Shown one piece after another: positions 48,351 through 56,756 of a stretch of 64,000 nucleotides of DNA. The notes beneath the pieces were generated by a model. The model was not told the DNA's origin. It saw only the letters and a list, made by a program, of their open reading frames with translations, and did not search any database. How positions within the stretch are numbered: position 1 is the stretch's first letter; each line of letters begins with the position of its first letter. The DNA is from an uncultured Actinomycetes bacterium (GTDB lineage: Bacteria; Actinomycetota; UBA4738; HRBIN12): positions 7,493-71,492 of the forward strand of contig CAWHQA010000005.1 in assembly GCA_963831325.1 (NCBI GenBank), given 5' to 3'. The position numbers were made by a program, and so were the translations under genes.

Positions 48351-49132
48351 TGGGGCTGCGTGAGGAGATCCGCGATCCCTGGGTCTACATCCTCGGCGGG
48401 CTGGCCGGCGGCGTCGCGTGGGCGGTAGGCGTTCCTGTGGTCGCCGCTGCGGGGGTCGGCGCGGCTGTCGGCGGGGTCAAGGCCGGCTTCGCTGCGCTGC
48501 TCGGGTCACGACCGGCCAGGACCACCTCGGAGCCGCTCCCCGTCACCGACCGCAGCCCGGAGCAGACCTGGCTCCAGCGAGGTGAGTCGGCGGTCGTCGG
48601 CTTCCGTGATCTGGCGAGGTCGTTGCCGGAAGGGCTCGCATCGACGAGGAGCGAGTCGATCGCGACCCAGGCCGACGAGTCGCTCGACGGCATGCGCCGG
48701 CTGGCCGGTCAGGCATCGGTGACCGAACGCGTCTCGGCTCGGCTGCACGTGCCGACGCTCGAGGCCGAGGCGGAACGGTTACGCATGCAGGTCGCGAACG
48801 CCGCGGACCCCGAGGTGGCGCAGGAGCGAGCCCGCTCCCTTGCGGCGATCCAGGAGCAGATCGACATCGCTCGCCGACTCCGACGGTCGCACGACTCGTT
48901 GCTGGCTCGACTGGAGTCGAGCGCCATAGGACTCGAGCGACTGACTGCCCAGCTGGCCGAGGTGGTGGCGCTGTCGGAAGGGGCCACCTCGGCGGTCGAG
49001 GGAGCGAAGCAGCTGGAATCACTCGCCGATGACCTCGAGGGGTTGCGGGCCGGTCTCGCCGAAGCCGAACAGCTCTCGCGGCGCGCCTTGAGCGCGTACG
49101 AGTCAGGCGGTAGCGTCGGAGACGTCGATTGA
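48350..49132 (+). CDS. Hypothetical membrane protein with a long coiled-coil
   Basis: ATG 48350 shares its A with the upstream TGA. The N-terminal hydrophobic region is WVYILGGLAGGVAWAVGVPVVAAAGVGAAV. A helical, Ala/Glu/Leu/Arg-rich region follows. Confidence 0.65.
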   Translation: MGLREEIRDPWVYILGGLAGGVAWAVGVPVVAAAGVGAAVGGVKAGFAALLGSRPARTTSEPLPVTDRSPEQTWLQRGESAVVGFRDLARSLPEGLASTRSESIATQADESLDGMRRLAGQASVTERVSARLHVPTLEAEAERLRMQVANAADPEVAQERARSLAAIQEQIDIARRLRRSHDSLLARLESSAIGLERLTAQLAEVVALSEGATSAVEGAKQLESLADDLEGLRAGLAEAEQLSRRALSAYESGGSVGDVD

Positions 49133-49147
49133 GGAGGGAACCCCGAC

Positions 49148-49954
49148 ATGTGGAAGTCGTTCAAGCGCTTCTGGGCATACCTGGGTGCGATGTTCGGACA
49201 GAAGGTTGAAGAGAAGGCTGATCCGAAGATCCAGCTGGAACAGGCCATCGAGGAAGCCAAGACGCGACACCAGGCGCTCAGCCAACAGGCCGCGTCGGTG
49301 CTAGGGAACCAGCGGCAGCTCGAGCTGAAGCTGAACCGATCGCTCGAAGAGGTGGAGAAGCTGCAGGGCTCTGCCCGCCAAGCGCTGATCAAGGCCGATG
49401 CCGCCAAGGGCGCGGGCAACGATGCCGAGGCGGCGACCTACGAGGAGGCTGCACAGGCGTTCGCGATGAAGCTCGTCTCGGTCGAGGGCGGTGCGCGAGA
49501 CCAGAAGCAGCTCCTCGAGCAGGCGATGGCCGCTTCGGAGGGAGCCCGCAAGGCGGTCGAGACGAATGCCATGAATCTGCAGAAGCAGCTTGCCGAGCGA
49601 TCAGCACTGTTGTCGCAGCTCGACAACGCGAAGATGCAAGAGCGCATGAACGAGGCGCTGCAACAGATGGACGAGCTCTCGCCCAAGAGCGACGTACCGT
49701 CGATCGCCGAGGTCCGGGACAAGATCGAGGCGCGGTACTCGAAGGCGCTCGGAGAGGCGGACCTCCGGAGCGGATCCGTCTCGGCCAAGATGATGGAAGT
49801 CGAGAAGGCTCAGCTCGACGCCGAGGCGGCGGCACGGCTCGAGTCGATCCGAGCCTCGCTCGGCCCCGGTGACGGCGGCGCCGCGCCGTCGTCGTCCACG
49901 ATCGAGGTCGGCGAGACGAACGAGACGGATCCCGGGGCACCGACCGGAGGCTGA
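49148..49954 (+). CDS. pspA: PspA/IM30 family protein
   Basis: The protein is 268 aa, starting 5 nt after a GGAGGG RBS. Sequence reads MWKSFKRFWAYLGAMFGQKVEEKADPKIQLEQAIEEAK...NAKMQERMNEAL, typical of PspA coiled-coils. Confidence 0.9.
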   Translation: MWKSFKRFWAYLGAMFGQKVEEKADPKIQLEQAIEEAKTRHQALSQQAASVLGNQRQLELKLNRSLEEVEKLQGSARQALIKADAAKGAGNDAEAATYEEAAQAFAMKLVSVEGGARDQKQLLEQAMAASEGARKAVETNAMNLQKQLAERSALLSQLDNAKMQERMNEALQQMDELSPKSDVPSIAEVRDKIEARYSKALGEADLRSGSVSAKMMEVEKAQLDAEAAARLESIRASLGPGDGGAAPSSSTIEVGETNETDPGAPTGG

Positions 49955-50000
49955 CCGGAAGTACAGAGGGCGGGCGGTCTCGCGGTAGCCTCTCGGTCGT

Positions 50001-50759
50001 ATGCGACTGCTGCGCTTCCGTCATGGCGACCGCATCGCGACCGGCGTGGCCGATACCGGCGACGACACCGTGCGCGTGCTCGCCGGCACGTTCTTCGAAG
50101 ACCCGTTGCCGACGGGGGAGGAGCTCGCGCTCGACGAGCTGCACCTGCTCGCGCCGGTGCTTCCGTCGAAGCTCGTCTGCGTCGGCAAGAACTACGCCGC
50201 GCACGCGGCGGAGTTCGGCATGACGGTTCCCGAGGAACCGCTGCTGTTCCTGAAACCCTCGACCGCAGTGATCGGGCCCAACGATCCGATCACGTTGCTG
50301 CCGGTGAGCAACCGTGTCGACTACGAAGGCGAGCTCGCGGTGGTGATCGGTCGGCTCGCGAGGAACATCCGTGCGGAGGAGGCCTACAAGGTGATCCTCG
50401 GCTACACGTGTGCGAACGACGTGACCCTGCGCGACCTGCAGAAGACCGACGACCAGTGGGCGCGCGCGAAGGGCTTCGATGGCTCGGCCCCGCTAGGTCC
50501 ATGGATCGAGACCGATATCGACCCGAACGACGCGGCCGTCGAGACGCGTCTGAACGGAGAGGTGCGCCAGCAGGGCCGCACGACCGAGATGGTGTACGGA
50601 GTCGCCACGCTGATCGAGTACATCACGGCCTTCATGACGCTGCTGCCGGGCGACGTGCTGCTCACCGGCACCCCCGAGGGCGTGGGGCCGCTGGCTGCAG
50701 GCGACATGGTCGAGGTCGAGGTCGAGGGCGCCGGAGTGCTCGCCAACACGGTGCGATGA
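50001..50759 (+). CDS. Fumarylacetoacetate hydrolase family protein (the conserved gltX-upstream gene of actinobacteria)
   Basis: The protein is 252 aa. Sequence includes KLVCVGKNYAAHAAE, DYEGELAVVIG, CANDVTLRDLQ and GDVLLTGTPEGVG. Confidence 0.88.
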   Translation: MRLLRFRHGDRIATGVADTGDDTVRVLAGTFFEDPLPTGEELALDELHLLAPVLPSKLVCVGKNYAAHAAEFGMTVPEEPLLFLKPSTAVIGPNDPITLLPVSNRVDYEGELAVVIGRLARNIRAEEAYKVILGYTCANDVTLRDLQKTDDQWARAKGFDGSAPLGPWIETDIDPNDAAVETRLNGEVRQQGRTTEMVYGVATLIEYITAFMTLLPGDVLLTGTPEGVGPLAAGDMVEVEVEGAGVLANTVR

Positions 50760-52186
50760 CCGAGGCGCCTGTCCGCTGTCGCTTCGCCCCCGCGCCGAGC
50801 GGGTCGCTGCACGTCGGCAACGTGCGGAGCGCGCTGTTCTCGTGGCTCTTCGCCCGCCACAACGCCGGCGAGTTCATCCTGCGGTTCGAGGACACCGACG
50901 CGAGCCGAGTCACCGAGGAAGCCGTCGCGGGCGTGCTCGAGGATCTGCGGTGGCTCGGCATCGATCACGACGAGGGTCCCGACGTCGGCGGACCGCACGC
51001 GCCGTACCGGCAGTCCCAACGCCTCGACATCTACCGTACCTACGCCGACCAACTGCTCGCCCAGGGCGACGCGTACCGCTGCTACTGCACCTCTGAGGAA
51101 CTCGACACGCGCAGGAAGGCAGCAGCGGCCGCACACGAGTCGCCCGGCTACGACGGACACTGCCGGGCCCTGTCGCCGGATCAGATCGAGGCGTTCGAAG
51201 CCGAGGGGCGCGAGTCGGTGGTGCGCTTCCGCATGCCCGACCGCGAGTGGATGATCGACGACATCGTGAAGGGAGAGGTCCGGTTCGAGGCCGGACAGCT
51301 TCGCGACTTCGTACTCGTGCGTTCCGACGGCTCTGCGCTGTTCCTGCTGGCGGTAGCGGTGGACGACATGCTGATGGGCATCACGCACGTCGTCCGTGGC
51401 GACGACCTGCTCGCGAGCGCCCCGCGAAACGCCGCGGTGATCGAGGCGCTCGGGGCCACACCGCCCCGCTACGCGCACGTGCCTCAGGTGCTCGGCCCCG
51501 ACCGGCAGCCGCTGTCGAAGCGCCACGGATCGACGAGCGTCGGATCGTTCCGCGAGCAGGGCTTCCTTCCCGAGGCGATGATGAACTACCTCGCGCTGCT
51601 CGGGTGGTCACCCGGCGACGATCGAGAGATGCTCTCGCGCGAGGAGTTGATCGAGGCCTTCGATCTCCATCGCGTCTCGTCGAACCCCGCCGCGTTCGAC
51701 ACCGAGAAGCTCACGTGGCTCAACAACCGATACATCCAGTCCCTCGACGACGACAATCTCGCAGCCCGCTGCCTGCACTTCCTCACCGAGGAAGGCCTGA
51801 TGCCCGATCCGTCCACCCTGGGCGCGGCGATGCCGATCGTGAAGGAACGTATGAAGACCCTGACGGAAGCGCCGGTGCTGCTTCGATTCTTGTTCAGCGA
51901 CGACCTCGAGCACGATGAGAAGGCCAAGGCCCTGATCGCGAAAGCACCCGAGGGCTACCTTGGGCGGGCGGCCGAGGTAATCGAAGGGGTCGAACCGTGG
52001 ACCGCGGCCGCTCTCACGGCCGCACTCGACGGGCTCGCCGAGCGCGAGGGGCTCAGCCGCACGAAGGCATTCCAGCCCGTGCGCGCGGCAGTGACGGGGT
52101 CGAACGTCTCGCCACCGCTGCCCGAGTCGCTCGAGTTGCTCGGAAAGGTCCGTACCGTCGAGCGCCTCCGCGTGTTCGATCACTAG
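50756..52186 (+). CDS. gltX: Glutamate--tRNA ligase
   Basis: The ATG overlaps the upstream TGA (ATGA). Sequence includes RFAPAPSGSLHVGNVRSALFSWLFA (HIGH-type motif), ILRFEDTD, THVVRGDDLL and PLSKRHGS (KMSKS-type motif). Confidence 0.93.
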   Translation: MTEAPVRCRFAPAPSGSLHVGNVRSALFSWLFARHNAGEFILRFEDTDASRVTEEAVAGVLEDLRWLGIDHDEGPDVGGPHAPYRQSQRLDIYRTYADQLLAQGDAYRCYCTSEELDTRRKAAAAAHESPGYDGHCRALSPDQIEAFEAEGRESVVRFRMPDREWMIDDIVKGEVRFEAGQLRDFVLVRSDGSALFLLAVAVDDMLMGITHVVRGDDLLASAPRNAAVIEALGATPPRYAHVPQVLGPDRQPLSKRHGSTSVGSFREQGFLPEAMMNYLALLGWSPGDDREMLSREELIEAFDLHRVSSNPAAFDTEKLTWLNNRYIQSLDDDNLAARCLHFLTEEGLMPDPSTLGAAMPIVKERMKTLTEAPVLLRFLFSDDLEHDEKAKALIAKAPEGYLGRAAEVIEGVEPWTAAALTAALDGLAEREGLSRTKAFQPVRAAVTGSNVSPPLPESLELLGKVRTVERLRVFDH

Positions 52187-52201
52187 TCTGTACTGGACTA
52201 G
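52184..52201. repeat. 18-nt palindromic motif TAGTCT-GTACT-GGACTAG, starting at the gltX stop codon and lying about 65-90 nt upstream of the MFS gene
   Basis: I read this directly from the sequence. The arms and spacing are identical to the site at 28393-28410. Confidence 0.6.
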
Positions 52202-52267
52202 CCTCTCCAGGAACTCCCTAACCCGACCGGTCCGAGATGTGGGCCGCTCGGCCGATGCGGCTGGGCC

Positions 52268-53584
52268 TTGGACCGCCTAGAGTGCCGCACCGTGGACGGT
52301 CCGCTGCGAGGGCGCGATTTCCGACTGCTGACGTTGTCGACCGGTCTGTCCTCGCTGGGTGACGAGCTCGCGCTCATCGCCCTCACGATCAAGGTGGCGG
52401 AGCTCACCGATTCCGGGTGGGCGGTGGCCGCGCTGCTGCTGTGCGGGCTGTTGCCGCTCGTGATCTTCGCTCCCTCTGCCGGCGTCATCGTCGACAACTT
52501 CGAGACCAGGCGGTCGCTCGCGATCGCCACAGCGATCCAGGCTTGCCTCGCCGTCGGGCTGGCGTTCGCGGGCGAGCTGCCGATGATCTTGATGCTCTCC
52601 TTCCTGCTGGGCACGGCATCGGCGGTCGAGACGCCGTCGATCTACACGCTGGTGCCGCGCGTCGTGGGGGACGAGCGAGCGACGGAAGCCAACGCCTACC
52701 TGGAAGGCGCGAGGTACGCGGGCATGATCGCCGGCCCGGTGCTTGCGGGCTCGCTCGCCGCGGGGGTCGGCACGCGCGCGGCGCTGCTCGTCGATGCGGG
52801 CACCTTCGTCGTGATCGCCGTCGCGGCGATGTTGCTGCGCGTCCGGCGGGTCGTCGTCGAGGATCACCGCACCGAAGACAGCGCGGCGCGCCAGGGATTC
52901 CGCCTGATCAGGAGCGACCAGGTGCTCGTCGTGGCGTTCGCCGTGATCGGCGCGGTGATCCTCTTCGCGGCGATGGACAACGTGGCCGAGGTGTTCTTCG
53001 CGCAAGACACGTTGCGGGCGGGTGCGTGGGGGTACGGACTGCTCGCGTCGGCGTGGCTCATCGGCATGGTGGGGGGCGCGACCTTGATCGCCAGGCGTCT
53101 CGCCGACGACCGGCTCCTGCGGTCGATGGCGCTTGCGGCCGTCGCGAACGGCGTGGCGGTGTTCGTGGCCGCCGCAGTGGGGTCGTTCCCATTGGCGGTC
53201 GCGTTGTTCGTTGCCGGGGGCGTCGCGAACGGCGTGGAGACGGTCGCCATGCGGAGCCTGATAGTGCACCGCGTGGCCGACAGGTTCCGAGGACGCGCGT
53301 TCGCCTCGTATGGCGCACTGGTAAACGGCATGCAGATCGGCGCGACGGCCGCCGCCGGCGCGCTCGTCGCCGGCCTCGGGGGTCGAGTGGCCTTGCTGGT
53401 GGGTGGTGGCGGCACGACGCTCGCCGGTCTGGCGGGCCTGCTCGCCTCGCGTTCGCTCGACCGGCGGGCTGCCGCGACCGCGGTGGAGCGTCACGCCGTC
53501 CGGATCCCTGAGGCGACGCCGGAGCGGCCGGTCATCACCCGGTTGCCCGACTCAGAGCCGGTGGAACGTTCGACGGATCACTGA
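52268..53584 (+). CDS. MFS transporter (EntS/MFS_3-like)
   Basis: The 438-aa ORF is intact with 12 TM-like segments. The N-terminus LRGRDFRLLTLSTGLSSLGDELALIAL is paralogous to the 5839 gene. GTG 52292 is an alternative start. Confidence 0.85.
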   Translation: MDRLECRTVDGPLRGRDFRLLTLSTGLSSLGDELALIALTIKVAELTDSGWAVAALLLCGLLPLVIFAPSAGVIVDNFETRRSLAIATAIQACLAVGLAFAGELPMILMLSFLLGTASAVETPSIYTLVPRVVGDERATEANAYLEGARYAGMIAGPVLAGSLAAGVGTRAALLVDAGTFVVIAVAAMLLRVRRVVVEDHRTEDSAARQGFRLIRSDQVLVVAFAVIGAVILFAAMDNVAEVFFAQDTLRAGAWGYGLLASAWLIGMVGGATLIARRLADDRLLRSMALAAVANGVAVFVAAAVGSFPLAVALFVAGGVANGVETVAMRSLIVHRVADRFRGRAFASYGALVNGMQIGATAAAGALVAGLGGRVALLVGGGGTTLAGLAGLLASRSLDRRAAATAVERHAVRIPEATPERPVITRLPDSEPVERSTDH

Positions 53585-53689
53585 GATCGGGCCATCAGCG
53601 TCGTGGACGTCTACTCTCTTGGGCGGGATCGGACCGCGATGGAGCCGGCGAGGTTTGTCTCGTGAGGGCCTTTGGGAAACGGAGGATCT

Positions 53690-54016
53690 ATGGCATACGT
53701 GATCGCTGAACCGTGCATCGACGTCAAGGACCGAGCGTGCGTCGACGAGTGTCCCGTCGACTGCATCTACGAGGGGCCGCGCATGCTCTACATCCAGCCC
53801 GACGAGTGCGTGGACTGCGACGCCTGTGTGCCGGTATGTCCCGTGACGGCGATCTTCCCCGAGGACGACCTTCCGGGTGAGTGGAAGCAGTTCACCGCGG
53901 TCAACGCCGAATGGTTCGCCGACAGCGTGACGGGCCTCGGCTCGCCCGGAGGTGCCGCGCAGGCCGGTCCGGCCCCTACCGATCACCCGGTCGTCGCCGG
54001 CTGGGAAGCGGTCTGA
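53690..54016 (+). CDS. fdxA: 7Fe ferredoxin (3Fe-4S plus 4Fe-4S, FdxA-type)
   Basis: ATG 53690 follows GGAGG. The protein starts MAYVIAEPCIDVKDRACVDECPVDCIY and continues ...CVDCDACVPVCPV, which is the cysteine pattern expected for this type. Confidence 0.88.
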   Translation: MAYVIAEPCIDVKDRACVDECPVDCIYEGPRMLYIQPDECVDCDACVPVCPVTAIFPEDDLPGEWKQFTAVNAEWFADSVTGLGSPGGAAQAGPAPTDHPVVAGWEAV

Positions 54017-54041
54017 CTCGAGATCCGGATCCTTTGCGGGC

Positions 54042-54425
54042 ATGGCGACACTTTGGACGCTCGGTTGCGATGCGGCCGAGCCGCATGAGATCGCAACGTT
54101 CTGGGCGAACGCGCTCGGATACGTGGCCGAGCCTGGCTACGACGACCCGGATGGTGCTTCCATCGTCGACCCGGACGGCGTGGGTCCGGCGATCGGCTTC
54201 CTCAGGGTGCCGGAGGGCAAGACAGCCAAGAACAGGATGCATATCGACATCCGGGTGGCAGGCGAGCCGCCGTGGGAGATGGCCGAGCGCGAGCAACTCA
54301 TCCGTGCGAAGGCAGCCGAACTCGTCACCGCCGGAGCTCGGACCGTCCGCGAGGAGTCCTACGGCGAGCACCTCGGACATGTCGTGATGCTCGACCCAGA
54401 AGGCAACGAGTTCTGCGTCGCGTGA
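54042..54425 (+). CDS. VOC-superfamily (Glyoxalase_6-like) protein
   Basis: The start is taken at MATLWTLGCDAAEP. Sequence includes FWANALGY, KNRMHIDI and VMLDPEGNEFCV. Confidence 0.75.
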   Translation: MATLWTLGCDAAEPHEIATFWANALGYVAEPGYDDPDGASIVDPDGVGPAIGFLRVPEGKTAKNRMHIDIRVAGEPPWEMAEREQLIRAKAAELVTAGARTVREESYGEHLGHVVMLDPEGNEFCVA

Positions 54426-54657
54426 CGGGTTGAATCATTCCTTCCCTGGCTTCGAGCCGAGTCACGGATACGTCGTCATCGCTCACCGGCGAGCCGATGG
54501 GACGTTCACCCTCCAAGGACCTTGCGGACCCACGAGCGAACTGGATCGCGAGACGTTCCGCGCCCTCGTTCGACTCGCGAGGGCCTCGTGCAACCGCAGT
54601 CCTGGAGGACCGCGGCATGACGGTCGTTGGCTAGCTCCACTCGGTTACGTTGAGGGT

Positions 54658-55296
54658 ATGACTGAACGGATCTCACCGCGCGAGTTCCATGAGGCCGACT
54701 GGCGCATCGTGAGGGACGCCGCGTCGACGCACTTTCGCACCGAGTCCTTCGAGGCGGGTGTCGGCTTGTTGAACGAGATCAGTAGGCTCGCCCACGCTGC
54801 GGATGAAGACCCCGATGTCGACCTCCGGTCGGGCGGCGTGACGGTGCGTCTGAAATCGGACCTCGAAGGCCGGCTGAGCGAGCGCGACCTCGTCCTGGCC
54901 CGACAGATCTCGGCCGCGGCCCGTGAGCTTGGCGTGTCCGTCGATCTGACCGGGCTACAAGAGGTCCAAGTTGCGATCGACGCGCTCGTCATCCCCGATG
55001 TGATGCCGTTCTGGCGCGCAGTGCTCGGCTATCTGGAGGTGGGCGACGAGGACCTGATGGATCCCGACTTCCAGGGGCCGCCGTTCTGGTTCCAACAGAT
55101 GGACGCGCCGCGCCCGCAGCGCAACCGGATCCACATCGATCTCTATGTCCCGCACGATCAAGCAGAGGCCCGCGTGGCCGCGGCGATCGCCGCGGGTGGT
55201 CACGTGGTCAGCGACGAGAACGCGCCCGAATGGTGGACCCTGGCCGACGCCGAGGGCAACGAGGTCGACGTCGCCAGCTGGCCGGACCTCGACTGA
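54658..55296 (+). CDS. Fusion of a pterin-4a-carbinolamine dehydratase-like domain and a VOC (Glyoxalase_6-like) domain
   Basis: ATG 54658 follows GAGGGT. The N-terminal domain aligns by eye to PCD/DCoH (FEAGVGLLNEISRLAHAADEDPDVDLRSGGVTVRL...LSERDLVLARQI). The C-terminal domain (PFWRAVLGY, RNRIHIDL, LADAEGNEVDV) is paralogous to the 54042 gene. Confidence 0.65.
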   Translation: MTERISPREFHEADWRIVRDAASTHFRTESFEAGVGLLNEISRLAHAADEDPDVDLRSGGVTVRLKSDLEGRLSERDLVLARQISAAARELGVSVDLTGLQEVQVAIDALVIPDVMPFWRAVLGYLEVGDEDLMDPDFQGPPFWFQQMDAPRPQRNRIHIDLYVPHDQAEARVAAAIAAGGHVVSDENAPEWWTLADAEGNEVDVASWPDLD

Positions 55297-55323
55297 GCCG
55301 GCCTCTTTGCCCCGCTTCGAGGC

Positions 55324-55948
55324 TCAACCATCTGCCTGACCTTGATCGGTCTCGCCATGTCCCGGATCGGGATAGTCGGAACGACCTCGCAGGTGTGTCC
55401 ACTCGGAAGAGCTCTTCCCCAGGCGCTGAGCGCCGATGCTCGATCGCCAGCGAGGGGGGTATGGGCCGGGATCCATGCAAACCTCCAACGAGACCTCGAT
55501 CGCCTCGACATCCAGTGATGTGACGATCTCTGTGATTGCGGCCAGCGAGCCGCCGACATATGTCGAGTAGCCATCGATCTCGGTCACGACGATCCACGAT
55601 CGGTCATCGGGCCACCACAGGTTCGGTGACAGACCGGAAGACTCGAACCCACAGGCCACATCCATGGGACCCCTGATCAACAGATACCTCCGCGCATGTG
55701 TGACGACCTTCGGGATCGAGGCAGGCGACGCATCCTCTGCTTCAGCGACTTCCCGCCGTCTCTTGGCGTCCGTTCGCCCTGTTGACTCACTCGAAAGCGT
55801 GGCGTGGACGGAGTTCCGCAACTCCAAACCCCTTCCACACGCAGTACCAGGAGGTCTCAGAAGTCGCGGTATGGGGTCTCAGCAGGCGAGCCAGGGCATC
55901 GCAGGTCTTGGCCGGCAGTTCGCCGTCCAGGGGCGCGAATCTGTCCAT
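55324..55948 (-). pseudogene. Conserved-hypothetical-type protein, one frameshift near 55825
   Basis: A 53-codon piece (MDRFAPLDGELPAKTCDALARLL...SWYCVWKGFGV) continues in ORF 55324..55827 (...SPNLWWPDDRSWIVVTEIDGYSTYVGGSLAAI). The WYCVW...LWWP.DR.W...TEID..STY.GGS pattern resembles a common actinobacterial hypothetical family, but that is from memory. Confidence 0.5.
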
Positions 55949-56062
55949 CTCATCGCGATAGACGAGGCGCGTATCGCTGGCTAGACGGACCGGTGGCTGG
56001 AAACGCCGAGCCGCATGGCACGTTCGATATCGCGGACCGTCGGGAGCCGTTCGAATCTCGCC

Positions 56063-56091
56063 GCCCGGACGGACGGACCGCCCGTCCGGGC
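56063..56091 (-). terminator. Strong hairpin immediately downstream of the beta-helix gene
   Basis: The hairpin is GCCCGGACGG, a 9-nt loop, then CCGTCCGGGC, giving a perfect 10-bp stem 7 nt past the stop codon. There is no U-tract. Confidence 0.45.
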
Positions 56092-56097
56092 TTCCTC

Positions 56098-56649
56098 CTA
56101 GGGGCAGCCCGCCCCGTCGCAGTCGTTGGGCGTGTTGCCGGTCACGGTCGACGAGATCAAGGTCAGTGACCCGTCGGAGTTGAAGATTCCCCCGCCGGTA
56201 GCCCCGGCCGTGTTCCCGATCACGGTCGAGGAGTTGAGCGTGAGGTTCCCGGTGTTGATGTCGAATCCGCCCCCGGTGTCTGTGGCCTCGTTGCCACTCA
56301 CCTCGGATCTTTTCACCATGACGGTCCCGTCGACGTGGATGCCGCCGGCCTTGTTAGCGCTGTTCCCGCTCACGGTCGATCCGTTGATCGTGAGGGTGTC
56401 TTCGTTGAAGATGCCGCCACCGCCAATGGGCGCGTTGTTCCCGGTCACGGTCGATTCAATGAGCGTGAGGGTGCCGCCGTTGTGGATCCCGCCGCCGAGA
56501 AAGCCCGCCGTGTTCCCGTTCACGGTCGATTCAATGAGCGTGAGGGTGCCGAGGTTGTGGATCCCGCCGCCAAAATCCCCGGCGCTGTTCCCGGTCACGG
56601 TCGCGGAGTTGAGCCTGAGGGTGCCGTTGTTGCGGATGCCGCTGAACAT
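56098..56649 (-). CDS. Parallel beta-helix repeat protein (25-aa GGGI.N.GTLTL..STV.GN.A repeats); no signal peptide, possibly a gene fragment
   Basis: The protein is 183 aa and made almost entirely of about 7 repeats. An in-frame TAG lies 3 codons upstream of the ATG. The C-terminus is TPNDCDGAGCP. Confidence 0.65.
   Translation of the reverse strand: MFSGIRNNGTLRLNSATVTGNSAGDFGGGIHNLGTLTLIESTVNGNTAGFLGGGIHNGGTLTLIESTVTGNNAPIGGGGIFNEDTLTINGSTVSGNSANKAGGIHVDGTVMVKRSEVSGNEATDTGGGFDINTGNLTLNSSTVIGNTAGATGGGIFNSDGSLTLISSTVTGNTPNDCDGAGCP
56143..56649. repeat. Coding tandem repeat, 75-bp period (one 78-bp unit), about 7 units
   Basis: CACGGTCGA... unit starts occur at 56143, 56221, 56296 (degenerate), 56371, 56446, 56521 and 56596. 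The units at 56446 and 56521 are about 87% identical by hand count. Confidence 0.8.
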
Positions 56650-56756
56650 CGAAGGCTAGCCGCCCGGAGCCAAGAGTAGGGTCAACCCCTATCGGATGAG
56701 CGGCAGGCGGACTCAGATGACACTCAGTCCCAGGGGCCGTGAAGTGGCCAGCGAAG

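Noticed and set aside
56143-56649. Regularly spaced repeats that might be a CRISPR array
   Set aside because: The repeats are contiguous 75-bp units with no unique spacers. They lie in one ORF and translate into beta-helix repeats. No cas genes are present, and I saw no other CRISPR-like pattern in the window.
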